A stretch of 64,000 nt of DNA from Solirubrobacteraceae bacterium (GTDB taxonomy: Bacteria; Actinomycetota; Thermoleophilia; Solirubrobacterales; Solirubrobacteraceae): assembly GCA_036392135.1 (NCBI GenBank), contig DASVYO010000088.1, positions 13,131 through 77,130 of the forward strand. The letters run 5' to 3'. The notes under the pieces were generated by a model, which made no database searches, was not told the origin of the DNA, and was given only the letters and a program-made list of their open reading frames with translations. A program made the translations under genes and the position numbers. Every line of letters begins with the position of its first letter. Position 1 is the stretch's first letter. Shown here in pieces: positions 47,198 through 56,398 of the stretch.

Positions 47198-48951
47198 CCG
47201 GCGCGCACCGTGGGGGACGGGTTCGGTCCCCGCAAGAGCCTCAGAGCCACGCTGTGCACCGAGCGCGCGGCCGGTGGGGATACGCCGTCGGCCGGTCCAC
47301 GGTGGCCTCGTCCGCGCCCACCCCGGCGCGAGTACCAGAACAGCCCGGCCAGGCCGAGGTAGACGGCCATCACGGCCGGGGCGCTGGGAAGCGGGAGGGC
47401 CAGGATCCCGTTGGGCTTGATGAGGAACACGCTGACCACGCTGACCGCGACCAGCGCCAGCGAGCGCTGCGCGCCGGGCACCCCGGCCACCAGCACGAGC
47501 CCCCAGCTCAGATACCACGGCCAGGCCGCCGGGCCGGCTGCGGCGGCCAAGAGCAGCAGCCCGCCCAGGTAGATGGCCAGGCGCTGGATGCGCACGCGGA
47601 TCAGCAGCCACAGCCCGATCACACCGGTCAGCACGGTGCTGGCGCCGGCCATGACGGCCTCGAGGTGGCGCGCGTTGACCGCCGCTCCCACGTCGTTGAG
47701 CAGACCGGCCACGGTGAAGCCGATTCCGGTTGACGGGGTGATGGCCAGACGGACCCGCGCCGGCGAGGAGAACAGGCTGCCGGACACCCAGCTCAGCCCC
47801 AGTCCGCTCACCACGCTCACCGCACCCAGCACGGCCCCGGCGCTCAGCACGGCGACAGCCAGGAACCGGACCCGGGCCGCGAGGCCGTGCTCCTCACGCG
47901 CCCAGGCGACGGCGATGAACGCCACCCCGGCCAGGGCGGGAAGCTTGACCGTGGCCGCCAGGGCACACAGGGCGATGCCGGCCACCGGCCGGCCCTGCAG
48001 CGCGAGCGTCACGCCGGCCAGCAGCAGGCCGGCCATCAGCACGTCGTTGTGACCGGCGGCGATCATCTGCAGGATCAGCAGCGGGCTCAGCAGCACCAGC
48101 CACAGGGCGCGCGCCGGATCGGCGCCGAGCGCCTGCGCCAGCCGCGGCAGATAGACGGCGATCAGAGCCACACCGGCCAGCTCGAGGCCGCGGACAAGCA
48201 GAACGCCGGCCACCAGATGCGCCCCCGTCAGCGCCACGATGACGCTCATCAGGCCCAGGAACAGGGGGCCGTAGGGGGCGCTCACGTGGCGCCAGAACGG
48301 TGAGACCGCGGCCAGGAGGTGACCGTGCCCGAGCCCGGCCAGCACCGCGGGCGGCGTCCGGTACGGGTTCTCGCCCAGATGCAGGACCGTGCCCTGGGCC
48401 AGATAGCTGTAGGCGTCGTGGCTGAACAGGGCCGGACCGAGCGTGACCGGCAGGAGCCAGCCGGCGGCGATCATCACGAGCCTGCGCCGGCCGGCCTCCT
48501 GAGCGTGGCGGCCCAGCCCGAGCCAGGCCAGGCAGAGCACGGCGATGCCGACGTAGACGAGCACGGTCGCGGTACCGCGGCCACCCGGTACGGCGGGCGT
48601 ATAGAACCACTCGGTGGCCGGGGCGGCCACGGCGCGCGGACCGGCCACCGCGATCAGCAGCGCGCCGGCCAGCCCCAGGGCCGCCCAGGCCCAAACGCTG
48701 CGGGATCGCGGAAGACCGTGCATGGGAACCGGAGTGATCTCGAGCGGCCGGCCACCGAGGCCCCGCGCGACACGCGATCGCCCGCCAGATGACCGTCCTC
48801 GCGCGCGGACCAGTGACCTGACGCGCTCGCTGAGGGTAGCCGACACCGCTGATCCGGCGGGTGTCAAGCCCGCGCCGGCGCGGCGGATCTGAAATTCGGG
48901 GGCGGAGGTGGCGATCGGCTTTCTATACGCCTTCCTACCCGACAACGGCAC
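47194..48951 (-). CDS. Polyprenol-phosphomannose-dependent alpha-mannosyltransferase, MptA/MptB-like
   Basis: LFSHDAYSYLAQG, SAPYGPLF, GHND.LMAGL, VKLPA, WPWYLSW. Start uncertain (possibly ATG 48723). Confidence 0.8.
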   Translation of the reverse strand: MPLSGRKAYRKPIATSAPEFQIRRAGAGLTPAGSAVSATLSERVRSLVRARGRSSGGRSRVARGLGGRPLEITPVPMHGLPRSRSVWAWAALGLAGALLIAVAGPRAVAAPATEWFYTPAVPGGRGTATVLVYVGIAVLCLAWLGLGRHAQEAGRRRLVMIAAGWLLPVTLGPALFSHDAYSYLAQGTVLHLGENPYRTPPAVLAGLGHGHLLAAVSPFWRHVSAPYGPLFLGLMSVIVALTGAHLVAGVLLVRGLELAGVALIAVYLPRLAQALGADPARALWLVLLSPLLILQMIAAGHNDVLMAGLLLAGVTLALQGRPVAGIALCALAATVKLPALAGVAFIAVAWAREEHGLAARVRFLAVAVLSAGAVLGAVSVVSGLGLSWVSGSLFSSPARVRLAITPSTGIGFTVAGLLNDVGAAVNARHLEAVMAGASTVLTGVIGLWLLIRVRIQRLAIYLGGLLLLAAAAGPAAWPWYLSWGLVLVAGVPGAQRSLALVAVSVVSVFLIKPNGILALPLPSAPAVMAVYLGLAGLFWYSRRGGRGRGHRGPADGVSPPAARSVHSVALRLLRGPNPSPTVRAG

Positions 48952-49033
48952 ACCGGGCGGACCGGGCTAACGTCACGGCAATGCTCAGGAGCCTGGATCG
49001 CCCCGCGCCCGGTTCTCCTAGGATCCGCGGCCG

Positions 49034-49975
49034 ATGAGCTACACCGAGGGCCTCCACGAGCTCGGCAACGCGCTGTATGCCTACCTGCAGCCCGACGGAG
49101 GCTGGGGCTTGAGCAACGCCGGCCTGATCTGTGACGGCGATCAGAGCCTGCTCGTTGACACGCTGTTCGACCGTCGGCTGACCGAGCGGATGCTCGACGC
49201 GATGCGCCGCGCAACCCGGTCCGCCGCCCGGATCGACACGCTGGTCAACACCCACGCCAACGGAGATCATTGCTACGGCAATCAGCTGGTGGGAGGCGCC
49301 GGCGGAGCGCGCATCATCGCCTCCGAGCGGACCGCGAGTGAGATGTCGGAGCTGCCGCCGTCAGCCTTTGCGGCGCTGGCCGAACAGGCGCCGAACATGG
49401 GGGCCGTCGGGGAGTTCTTCCTTGACTGCTTTGGTCAGTTCGACTTCACCGGACTCGAGCTGGTCCTGCCCGACCACACGTTCTCCGGCGAGCTGACCCT
49501 GTCGGTGGGCAGCCGTGAGGTGCGCCTGATCGAGGTCGGACCAGCCCATACCCGGGGCGACACGCTGGTCCATCTCCCCGGGGAGCGGATCCTGTTCTCG
49601 GGCGACATCCTGTTCCACGGCGCCCATCCGATCGCCTGGGCGGGACCGGTCTCCAACTGGATCGCGGCCTGCGACCGGATCCTGGAGATGGACCTCGAGC
49701 TGATCGTCCCCGGTCACGGGCCCCTGGCGGAGCCCGCGGCGGTGGCCGAGCTCAAGGCCTACTTCGAGTACCTCTACGCCCAGGCCGGGGCCCTCCACGC
49801 GAAGGGCGCCACCCCCGTCGAGGCGGCCCGAGAGCTGGCCCTCGACCGCTGGGCCGACTGGGGTGAGGGCGAGCGCCTGGCCGTGAACCTGGCCACCATC
49901 TTCCGCGAGCTCGAGGGCGCGAGTGAACCGGTGAGCGCCCTCGAGGCGTTCGCCCAGATGGCCGAGCTGGCCTAG
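49034..49975 (+). CDS. MBL-fold metallo-hydrolase (cyclase-like)
   Basis: WGLSNAGL, LVDTL, NTHANGDHCYGN, AHTRGD, FSGDIL, VPGHGP. Confidence 0.88.
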   Translation: MSYTEGLHELGNALYAYLQPDGGWGLSNAGLICDGDQSLLVDTLFDRRLTERMLDAMRRATRSAARIDTLVNTHANGDHCYGNQLVGGAGGARIIASERTASEMSELPPSAFAALAEQAPNMGAVGEFFLDCFGQFDFTGLELVLPDHTFSGELTLSVGSREVRLIEVGPAHTRGDTLVHLPGERILFSGDILFHGAHPIAWAGPVSNWIAACDRILEMDLELIVPGHGPLAEPAAVAELKAYFEYLYAQAGALHAKGATPVEAARELALDRWADWGEGERLAVNLATIFRELEGASEPVSALEAFAQMAELA

Positions 49976-50784
49976 AACCCGCCTGCGGGCGGCGGGAAGC
50001 TGGGCGTCGCCGGTGCCGGCGTGGCCGGCTTGCCCTCCGCCGGGAAGCGCGCCGTGGCCTCCTCGGCCAGCGTGATCAGCGCCTGTCCGACCGTCCGCGC
50101 GTCCTCCAGCAAGCGGGTGCGCTCCTGCCAGACGGTGTCGGTCTCCTCATCGAGCACGCGCAGCTCACGCTTGGCCTTCTCGGTGATGGCCACGGCGTTC
50201 GAAGCCGCATCGGCGATGCAGCGGTCCGCCTGCTCCTGCGCCAACCGGGTCGTCTCCCGGGCCTTCTCCTCAGCGGCCCGGGTGGTCTGGTTGGCCTGGT
50301 CATGGGCGACGACCAGGATCGAGGCGGTCTGCTCGCCCAACCGCTCGATCTCCTCGGTGATCGAAGGCTGCGCGGGCATGGCCCGTAGCTCGGCCAGCTC
50401 AGCCTCGAGCTCGGCGATGCGGGCGTCGACGGCGGCCCGGTTGTAGCCCAGCCGCCCGACCGGGAAGCTCTGACCCTCGGACGGATCGCTGTCCTCGGAC
50501 TCGGGCATGTCGATGTACTCGGTGGCCTGCTCGTCCTCGGCCTCCAGCGGGTAGCCGAACCCGTTCATCTCGCCGACCACATCGTGAACCTCATCGAGAT
50601 GGGCGCCCGAGTCGAGTCCGAACTGATCCAGGCGGCCCTTGTCGAGGCTGGCCAGCGCGCCGCTGATCCGCTCCTTGAATCCGGCCAGGCGGGCGCCCAC
50701 CGGACGCGCCTCGTGTTCCGCCTGGGTGTGCTCCATCTCGCGCTGCTCGAGCATCTCGACCGAATGGTCCCTGTGGTAGCCCAT
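49972..50784 (-). CDS. DivIVA-domain coiled-coil protein with acidic N-terminal extension
   Basis: SFPVGRLGYNRAAVD resembles the DivIVA F..x.RGY....VD motif, followed by long A/E/R-rich heptads; AGGAG RBS. Confidence 0.7.
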   Translation of the reverse strand: MGYHRDHSVEMLEQREMEHTQAEHEARPVGARLAGFKERISGALASLDKGRLDQFGLDSGAHLDEVHDVVGEMNGFGYPLEAEDEQATEYIDMPESEDSDPSEGQSFPVGRLGYNRAAVDARIAELEAELAELRAMPAQPSITEEIERLGEQTASILVVAHDQANQTTRAAEEKARETTRLAQEQADRCIADAASNAVAITEKAKRELRVLDEETDTVWQERTRLLEDARTVGQALITLAEEATARFPAEGKPATPAPATPSFPPPAGGF

Positions 50785-50867
50785 GGCCCTCTCCTGCGTT
50801 CAAGATTGCTGACGGGTGGGCTATTTCGCCGGTCGGCGCCCGGTTCCTGTGCGCTGCAAGACAGCCT

Positions 50868-51851
50868 TCACCGGGCCGGCAGGGCGACCCGCGCCGCCGC
50901 GGCCCGGGCCAGTGCCGCCCGGTGGCCACCGCCGCCGCCGAGCAGTGCGGCGTCGAGCTGCGCGCGCTTGTAGAGCCAGTGGACGTCGGCCTCCCAGGTG
51001 AACCCGATCCCGCCGTGGGCCTGGATCGCGCTGGCCGCCACCTCCCGGCCGCCGTCCGCCGCCGCCGCGGCGGCCAGGGCCGAGGCCTCGCCCAGCCGCT
51101 CGGGATCGGCCGCCGCCGCCCAGGCTGCGTAGTAGGCCGTCGAGCGCGCGCTCTCGGTGTGCAGGAGCATCTGAGCGCAGCGGTGGGCGACCGCCTGAAA
51201 GGAGCCCACGGGCACGCCGAACTGCTTGCGGTCCTTGACGTATGCGAGGGTCATCTCCAGCGCTCGCTGGCAGACACCGACGACCTCCGCCGCCAGTCCG
51301 GCCAGCACGCGCCCGGTGGCTCCGGGGCCGAGGGGCTCGGCGTCGCCGGTCACGCGGGCGAAGCGCCGGGTGGCGTCGATCGTGACCACCCGCTCGGCCT
51401 CAGGCTCGGCGATCAGCTGCGCCTGATCGCCGTCGAGCAGCACGACGACGGCTGCGCCCTCCCCGTCGGCCACCAGCTCGGGCCGCCCGAGACCCGCGGT
51501 CAGCTCCCCGGAGGCCAGCCCCGGCAGCCAGCGCTCGCGCTGCGCCTCACTGCCCGCCGCCTGGATCGCCGCCGCCGCCAGCGCCGTCGACATGAACGGG
51601 GTGGCGGCGCAGGCGTAGCCGAGCTCCTCGAGCAGCATGGCCAGCTCGATCGCGCCCAGGCCCTGCCCGCCGTGCGTCGCGGCGACCGCGATGCCCGGCC
51701 AGCCCAGGGCCACGATCTCGGCCCACAGCGCGGGGTCGTATTGCTCGGCCTCGGCCGCGGCCCGCACCCGTGCCATCGGCGAACGGGCGCTCAGCAGCTC
51801 GCGTGCGACGCCCTTGATCTCGCGCTGGTCGTCGGTCAGATCGAAATCCAT
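50868..51851 (-). CDS. Acyl-CoA dehydrogenase (short, ChsE1/FadE28-like subunit)
   Basis: MDFDLTDDQ, LGWPGI, EELG, RKQFGVPVGSFQAVAH, IQAHGGIGFTWE. Confidence 0.9.
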   Translation of the reverse strand: MDFDLTDDQREIKGVARELLSARSPMARVRAAAEAEQYDPALWAEIVALGWPGIAVAATHGGQGLGAIELAMLLEELGYACAATPFMSTALAAAAIQAAGSEAQRERWLPGLASGELTAGLGRPELVADGEGAAVVVLLDGDQAQLIAEPEAERVVTIDATRRFARVTGDAEPLGPGATGRVLAGLAAEVVGVCQRALEMTLAYVKDRKQFGVPVGSFQAVAHRCAQMLLHTESARSTAYYAAWAAAADPERLGEASALAAAAAADGGREVAASAIQAHGGIGFTWEADVHWLYKRAQLDAALLGGGGGHRAALARAAAARVALPAR

Positions 51852-51861
51852 GTCGTCCTCC

Positions 51862-53001
51862 CTATCGGGCCTTGGGCAATCCGAGCACGCGCTCGGAGAC
51901 GATGTTCTTGAGCACCTCGGTGGTCCCGCCCTCGATCGAGTTCCCCCGCGCGCGGAGCAGCTCGTAGGACCAGCGGCTTCCGGCGTGCAGCGCCGACGGC
52001 CCGATCAGATCGGCGGCGAACTGCGTCAGCTGCTGATTGGCCTCCGACCACATCCACTTGGTCAGGGACCCCTCGGGACCCGGCGTCCCGTACTTCTCGA
52101 TCGCCGTGAGCCCCCGGTAGGCGGTCAGCCGCAGCACCTCCGCCTTCAGATGCAGTTCGCCGAGCTTGTCGGCCACGACCGGATCCTCGAGCAGGCCGCG
52201 GCCCGCCGCCTCGTCGACCACCCGGTCCAGCAACTGGCGCAGGCGCACCTGGAGGAAGAAGCCCAGCCCCGAGCGCTCGTTCATGAGCGTCGTGAGCGCC
52301 ACCTTCCAGCCGTTACCGATGCCGCCGAGCACGTTCTCGTCCGGGATCCGGGCGCCATCGATGAACAGCTCGTTGAACTCCGGCTCGCCGGTGATCTGGC
52401 GCAGCGGACGAACCTGAACCCCCTCCTGCTCCATGTCCATCAGGAAATAGGTGAGGCCCTTGTGCTTGGGCACCTCGGCGTCGGTCCGGGCCACGAGCAT
52501 GCACCACTTCGAGTACTGGGCACCGCTCGTCCACACCTTCTGGCCGGACACCACCCATTCGTCGCCCTCCCGACGGGCGCGCGTCTTCAGCGCCGCCAGA
52601 TCCGACCCGGCATCGGGCTCCGAGAAGCCCTGGCACCAAATCTCCTCAGCGGTCAGGATCGGGTTCAGGTAGCGCTCCTTCTGCTCGGGAGTGCCCCAGG
52701 TCATGATCGTCGGGCCGGCCAGCAGCAGACCGAGGACATTGGCCGGCAGCGGCGCGCCCGAGCGGCCGAGCTCCTCGAAGAAGATCGCCGACTGGGTCAG
52801 CGTCGCGCCGCGGCCCCCGTACTCGACCGGCCAGTGCACGGCCGCCCAGCCGCCGTCGGCCAGCTCACGCTGGAAGTCACGCCGCCACGCATAGTGAGCA
52901 TCCTCATCCCGCTCGGGCTCCGGGCCCGGGTGATGGGCCTCGAACCAGTTGCGCAGCTCATCCCGGAAGGCAAGCTCCCGCTCGTTGAAGGTCAGGTCCA
53001 T
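51862..53001 (-). CDS. Acyl-CoA dehydrogenase (ChsE2/FadE29-like subunit)
   Basis: WCQGFSEPDAGSDLA, GQKVWTS, EFNELF, LMNER, SIEGGTTEV.KNIV.ERVLGLP. Confidence 0.92.
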   Translation of the reverse strand: MDLTFNERELAFRDELRNWFEAHHPGPEPERDEDAHYAWRRDFQRELADGGWAAVHWPVEYGGRGATLTQSAIFFEELGRSGAPLPANVLGLLLAGPTIMTWGTPEQKERYLNPILTAEEIWCQGFSEPDAGSDLAALKTRARREGDEWVVSGQKVWTSGAQYSKWCMLVARTDAEVPKHKGLTYFLMDMEQEGVQVRPLRQITGEPEFNELFIDGARIPDENVLGGIGNGWKVALTTLMNERSGLGFFLQVRLRQLLDRVVDEAAGRGLLEDPVVADKLGELHLKAEVLRLTAYRGLTAIEKYGTPGPEGSLTKWMWSEANQQLTQFAADLIGPSALHAGSRWSYELLRARGNSIEGGTTEVLKNIVSERVLGLPKAR

Positions 53002-53092
53002 CCGCGTCTCCTTTGTCCAGTGCGCGACATTCTGGCGGTCCCGGGTCCCCGGCCGCCGGGCGGTGGTTCACCGGGGCCTGAGGCAGCCGCCA

Positions 53093-53551
53093 TCACTCCT
53101 CTGACGAGGGGCGGGGGCGTTCCATGATCCGGTTCGAGTCGACCGCCTGGAAGCCGAAGCGGGCGTAGAGCCCGTGAGCGTCGGCGGTGGCCAGCAGCAT
53201 GCGCAGACCCTGGAGCTCCGGGTGAGACAGGATCGTCTCCACCAGCCACACGCCGAGCCCGCGACCGCGGTGCGGCTCCAGGACGAACACGTCGGCCAGC
53301 CACGCGAACCGGGCCCGGTCGGTCACCACGCGGGCGAAGCCGGCCTGGGTCCCGTCCGGGCCGAGCAGGCTGAAGGGCATTGAATTGGCCACGCCGCGAG
53401 CGACCGTCTTCCGGTCGATTCCCGGCGACCAATAGCTCTGGCGCAGGAACCCCCACACGACGTCAAGGTCGATGCGGTCGGGGTCGGTGGTGACGGTGTA
53501 GCCGTCATCGCGAACACGGTCCACCGAGGGCCTACGATGCGCGTTCGGCAA
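53093..53551 (-). CDS. GNAT family N-acetyltransferase
   Basis: GFARVVTD...FAWLADVFV...RGRGLG, LATADAHGLYARFGF. Start may be GTG 53524. Confidence 0.9.
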   Translation of the reverse strand: MPNAHRRPSVDRVRDDGYTVTTDPDRIDLDVVWGFLRQSYWSPGIDRKTVARGVANSMPFSLLGPDGTQAGFARVVTDRARFAWLADVFVLEPHRGRGLGVWLVETILSHPELQGLRMLLATADAHGLYARFGFQAVDSNRIMERPRPSSEE

Positions 53552-53601
53552 CGGACACGAGCGAAAGGCTAGTCACGAGCGACGAACGGAGAGGGCTGCG
53601 G

Positions 53602-55101
53602 GTGGTGATCGTGGGAGCCGGCTTCGGCGGCATCGCGGCCGCGATCGAGCTGCGCCGCCACGGCTTCGATCAGGTGACGATCCTGGAGGCCGCGAGCGGG
53701 ACCGGCGGCACATGGTTCTTCAACTCCTATCCCGGCGCGGCCTGCGACGTGCCCAGCCACCTGTACTCGTATTCGTTCGCGCAACGGCGCAGCTGGTCGC
53801 GGCTGTGCTCGCCCCAGGATGAGATCCTCGGCTACCTCCGTGAGGTGGCGGCCGAGTACGGGATCGACGAGCTCGTGCGCACCTCGCAACGGGTCAGCGA
53901 GTGCGCGTTCGACGAGGCGCGATCGCTGTGGCGGGTGCGCACCCAGGACGGCTCAGAGCATCAGGCTGAGGTCGTGGTGCTGGCCACCGGGCAGCTCAGC
54001 CGGCCCTTGATCCCTGACCTCCCGGGCCGCGAGAGGTTCACCGGGCACAGCTTCCATTCGGCGCGCTGGGACCATGCCTACTCCCTGGCCGGGCGGCGCG
54101 TGGCCGTGGTCGGAACCGGTGCCAGCGCGGTGCAATTCGTCCCCCGGGTGGCCGCCGAGGCGGCCGCGCTGACCGTCTACCAGCGGACCGGCAACTGGCT
54201 GCTGCCGCGCGAGAATCGCGTCTATCCGCGCTGGACCCGGGCGGCGATCAGACACATCGGAGCGATCAACTGGGTTCGCCGCCGTTACCTGTTCAACTAC
54301 TGCGAGATGCTGACGATGGCCATTCGCCATCCGCGCACGCTGGGCCGAGTGCTGGGCTGGCGCGCGGCACGCTTCATGCGCAGTCAGCTCCCCGATCCCG
54401 AACTGCGCGAGAAGGCCTGGCCGGACTACGCCTTCGGCTGTAAGCGGGTCCTGTTCAGCTCCCACTATCTCCCCACGCTCGGCCGTCCCAACGTCGAACT
54501 GGTCACCGACCCGATCACCGAGATCACCGAGCGCGGGGTGCGCAGCTCCGATGGCCGCGAGCGCGAGGTTGACTGCATCATCTGGAGCACCGGCTTTCGC
54601 GTCTCGGAGTTCGTGGCTCCGATGCGGGTGCTCGGTGCCGGCGGCCGCGAGCTGGCCACCGAGTGGGCCGGTGGAGCACACGCCCACCTGGGCCTGGCCG
54701 TGCCGGGGTTTCCGTCCCTGTTCTTCATGTACGGCCCGAACACCAACACCTCGGGCGGATCGATCATCGTCTACCTGGAGGCCCAGGCGGCCTACATCCG
54801 CCAGGCCTTGCAGCACCTCGAGGCGGGCGGCTACGCGCAGCTCGACGTCCGGCCCGAGGTCGAGGCCGCCAGCGACGCTGAGACCCAGGCCCGCTTCCAG
54901 GGCACGGCCTGGACCGACTGCGACTCCTGGTACCGCGACGAGCGCGGCCGGATCGTGGCCAATTGGCCCGGCTACATGCGGGAGTACATCGAGCGCACCC
55001 GCAGGTTCGATCCCGCCGAGTACGAGTTCACCCGGCCGAGCGCCACGCCCCTGGCCGGCGCCACGTCAGGCGGCGGACGGAGCCGCATCGGCGGGCCGTA
55101 G
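53602..55101 (+). CDS. Flavin-containing monooxygenase (type I Baeyer-Villiger fingerprint)
   Basis: GAGFGG, GGTW..NSYPGAACD, ATG, FTGHSFHSARWD (FxGxxxHxxxWD), GTGASAVQ. Confidence 0.92.
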   Translation: MVIVGAGFGGIAAAIELRRHGFDQVTILEAASGTGGTWFFNSYPGAACDVPSHLYSYSFAQRRSWSRLCSPQDEILGYLREVAAEYGIDELVRTSQRVSECAFDEARSLWRVRTQDGSEHQAEVVVLATGQLSRPLIPDLPGRERFTGHSFHSARWDHAYSLAGRRVAVVGTGASAVQFVPRVAAEAAALTVYQRTGNWLLPRENRVYPRWTRAAIRHIGAINWVRRRYLFNYCEMLTMAIRHPRTLGRVLGWRAARFMRSQLPDPELREKAWPDYAFGCKRVLFSSHYLPTLGRPNVELVTDPITEITERGVRSSDGREREVDCIIWSTGFRVSEFVAPMRVLGAGGRELATEWAGGAHAHLGLAVPGFPSLFFMYGPNTNTSGGSIIVYLEAQAAYIRQALQHLEAGGYAQLDVRPEVEAASDAETQARFQGTAWTDCDSWYRDERGRIVANWPGYMREYIERTRRFDPAEYEFTRPSATPLAGATSGGGRSRIGGP

Positions 55102-56331
55102 CTGCTCGAGGTGGTCGACGTCGGCCAGGGCCGGGAAGAAGCGCCGCCAGCTGACGGCGATCAGCATCGTGACCACCCCGCCGCCGACGACCGCGGGGAC
55201 CGTCCCGATGAGGAACGCGGCCACGCCGGACTCGAACCCGCCGAGCTGGTTCGAGGCGCTGATGAACACCATCTCCACGGCGTTCACCCGCCCCCGCAGG
55301 CGGTCGGGGGTGGCCAGCGCGACCGTGGTGGCGCGGATGTTCATGCTGAACAGATCGACAAAGCCGCTCACCCCGAGCGCGAGCAGCGAGATCACGTAGA
55401 CGCGGGAGAGGCCGAACACGACGATGCTGACCCCGTACAGGAAGACCACGATCAGCAGCGTGCGCCCCGCCCGGCCGCCAAGCGGACGCCGGGTCAGCAC
55501 GGCGGCCGCGAGCAGCGCACCGACCGCGGGAGCGGCCCGCAGAAGCCCGAGTCCGGTCGGGCCCACATGCAACACCGCCCGCGCGAAGACCGGCAGCAGG
55601 GCGACCGCACCCCCGAATAGCACCGCGAGCAGATCGAGCAGGATCGCCCCGAGCAGGATCGGTGTCCGGCCGACGAACCTCAGACCCTCGAACACTCCCT
55701 CGAGATTCGCGGCCAGCTCGGATTCACGCTCCTCGACCGCCGCGGCCGGGCGGCGGCGCATGGCCAGCACCGTCAGGGCCGACAGCGTGCAGGCGCCGGC
55801 GGCCATCAGGTAGACCCCGCTGGGGGATGCCGCGTACACCGCCCCACCGACCGCCGGGCCGAGGACCATGCCGCCCTGAGTGGCAATCGAGCGCAGCGTC
55901 ATCGCACTGGCCAGCAGCTCGGGAGCGACCAGGGTGGGCGGCATCGCCCGGGCCGCCGGCGTGCCGAAGGCCAGCGAGATGCCCGCCCCGAAGGCCAGCA
56001 GCAGATATGGCCAGAACGAGTGCACCCCGGCCGAGGTCACGATCGCCAGGCCGACCCCCACCCCGGCCCCGATCACCAGCGACCCGGCGAACACCAGCCG
56101 CCGGGGCCAGCGGTCGGCGAGGTGACCGGCCGGCAGGGCCAGCAACAGCATGGGCACGAACTCGGCCAGCCCGATCAGCCCCAGGTCGAGCGTCGAGCGC
56201 AGCTGCCCGTAGACCTCCCAGCCGATCGCCACCTCGAGAGCCTGCAGGCTGAACTCCATGCCCAGCATGGCCAGCCACCAGAGCCGGTAATCACGCTCCT
56301 GCAGCGCAGGTCCGAATCGGCTCCAGAACAC
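55066..56331 (-). CDS. MFS transporter (EntS/DHA3-like)
   Basis: AGHLADRWPRR, GPAVGG, FAR.VL.VGPTGLG.LRAA, LRGRV.AV; TAGCCT -10 6 nt upstream. Confidence 0.88.
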   Translation of the reverse strand: MFWSRFGPALQERDYRLWWLAMLGMEFSLQALEVAIGWEVYGQLRSTLDLGLIGLAEFVPMLLLALPAGHLADRWPRRLVFAGSLVIGAGVGVGLAIVTSAGVHSFWPYLLLAFGAGISLAFGTPAARAMPPTLVAPELLASAMTLRSIATQGGMVLGPAVGGAVYAASPSGVYLMAAGACTLSALTVLAMRRRPAAAVEERESELAANLEGVFEGLRFVGRTPILLGAILLDLLAVLFGGAVALLPVFARAVLHVGPTGLGLLRAAPAVGALLAAAVLTRRPLGGRAGRTLLIVVFLYGVSIVVFGLSRVYVISLLALGVSGFVDLFSMNIRATTVALATPDRLRGRVNAVEMVFISASNQLGGFESGVAAFLIGTVPAVVGGGVVTMLIAVSWRRFFPALADVDHLEQLRPADAAPSAA

Positions 56332-56398
56332 GGACGCAGGCTAGTGGCGCGCGCCGGACGAGTGCCGGCGCGAGCGCGGAACGCAGTGGGCGCTCAGC

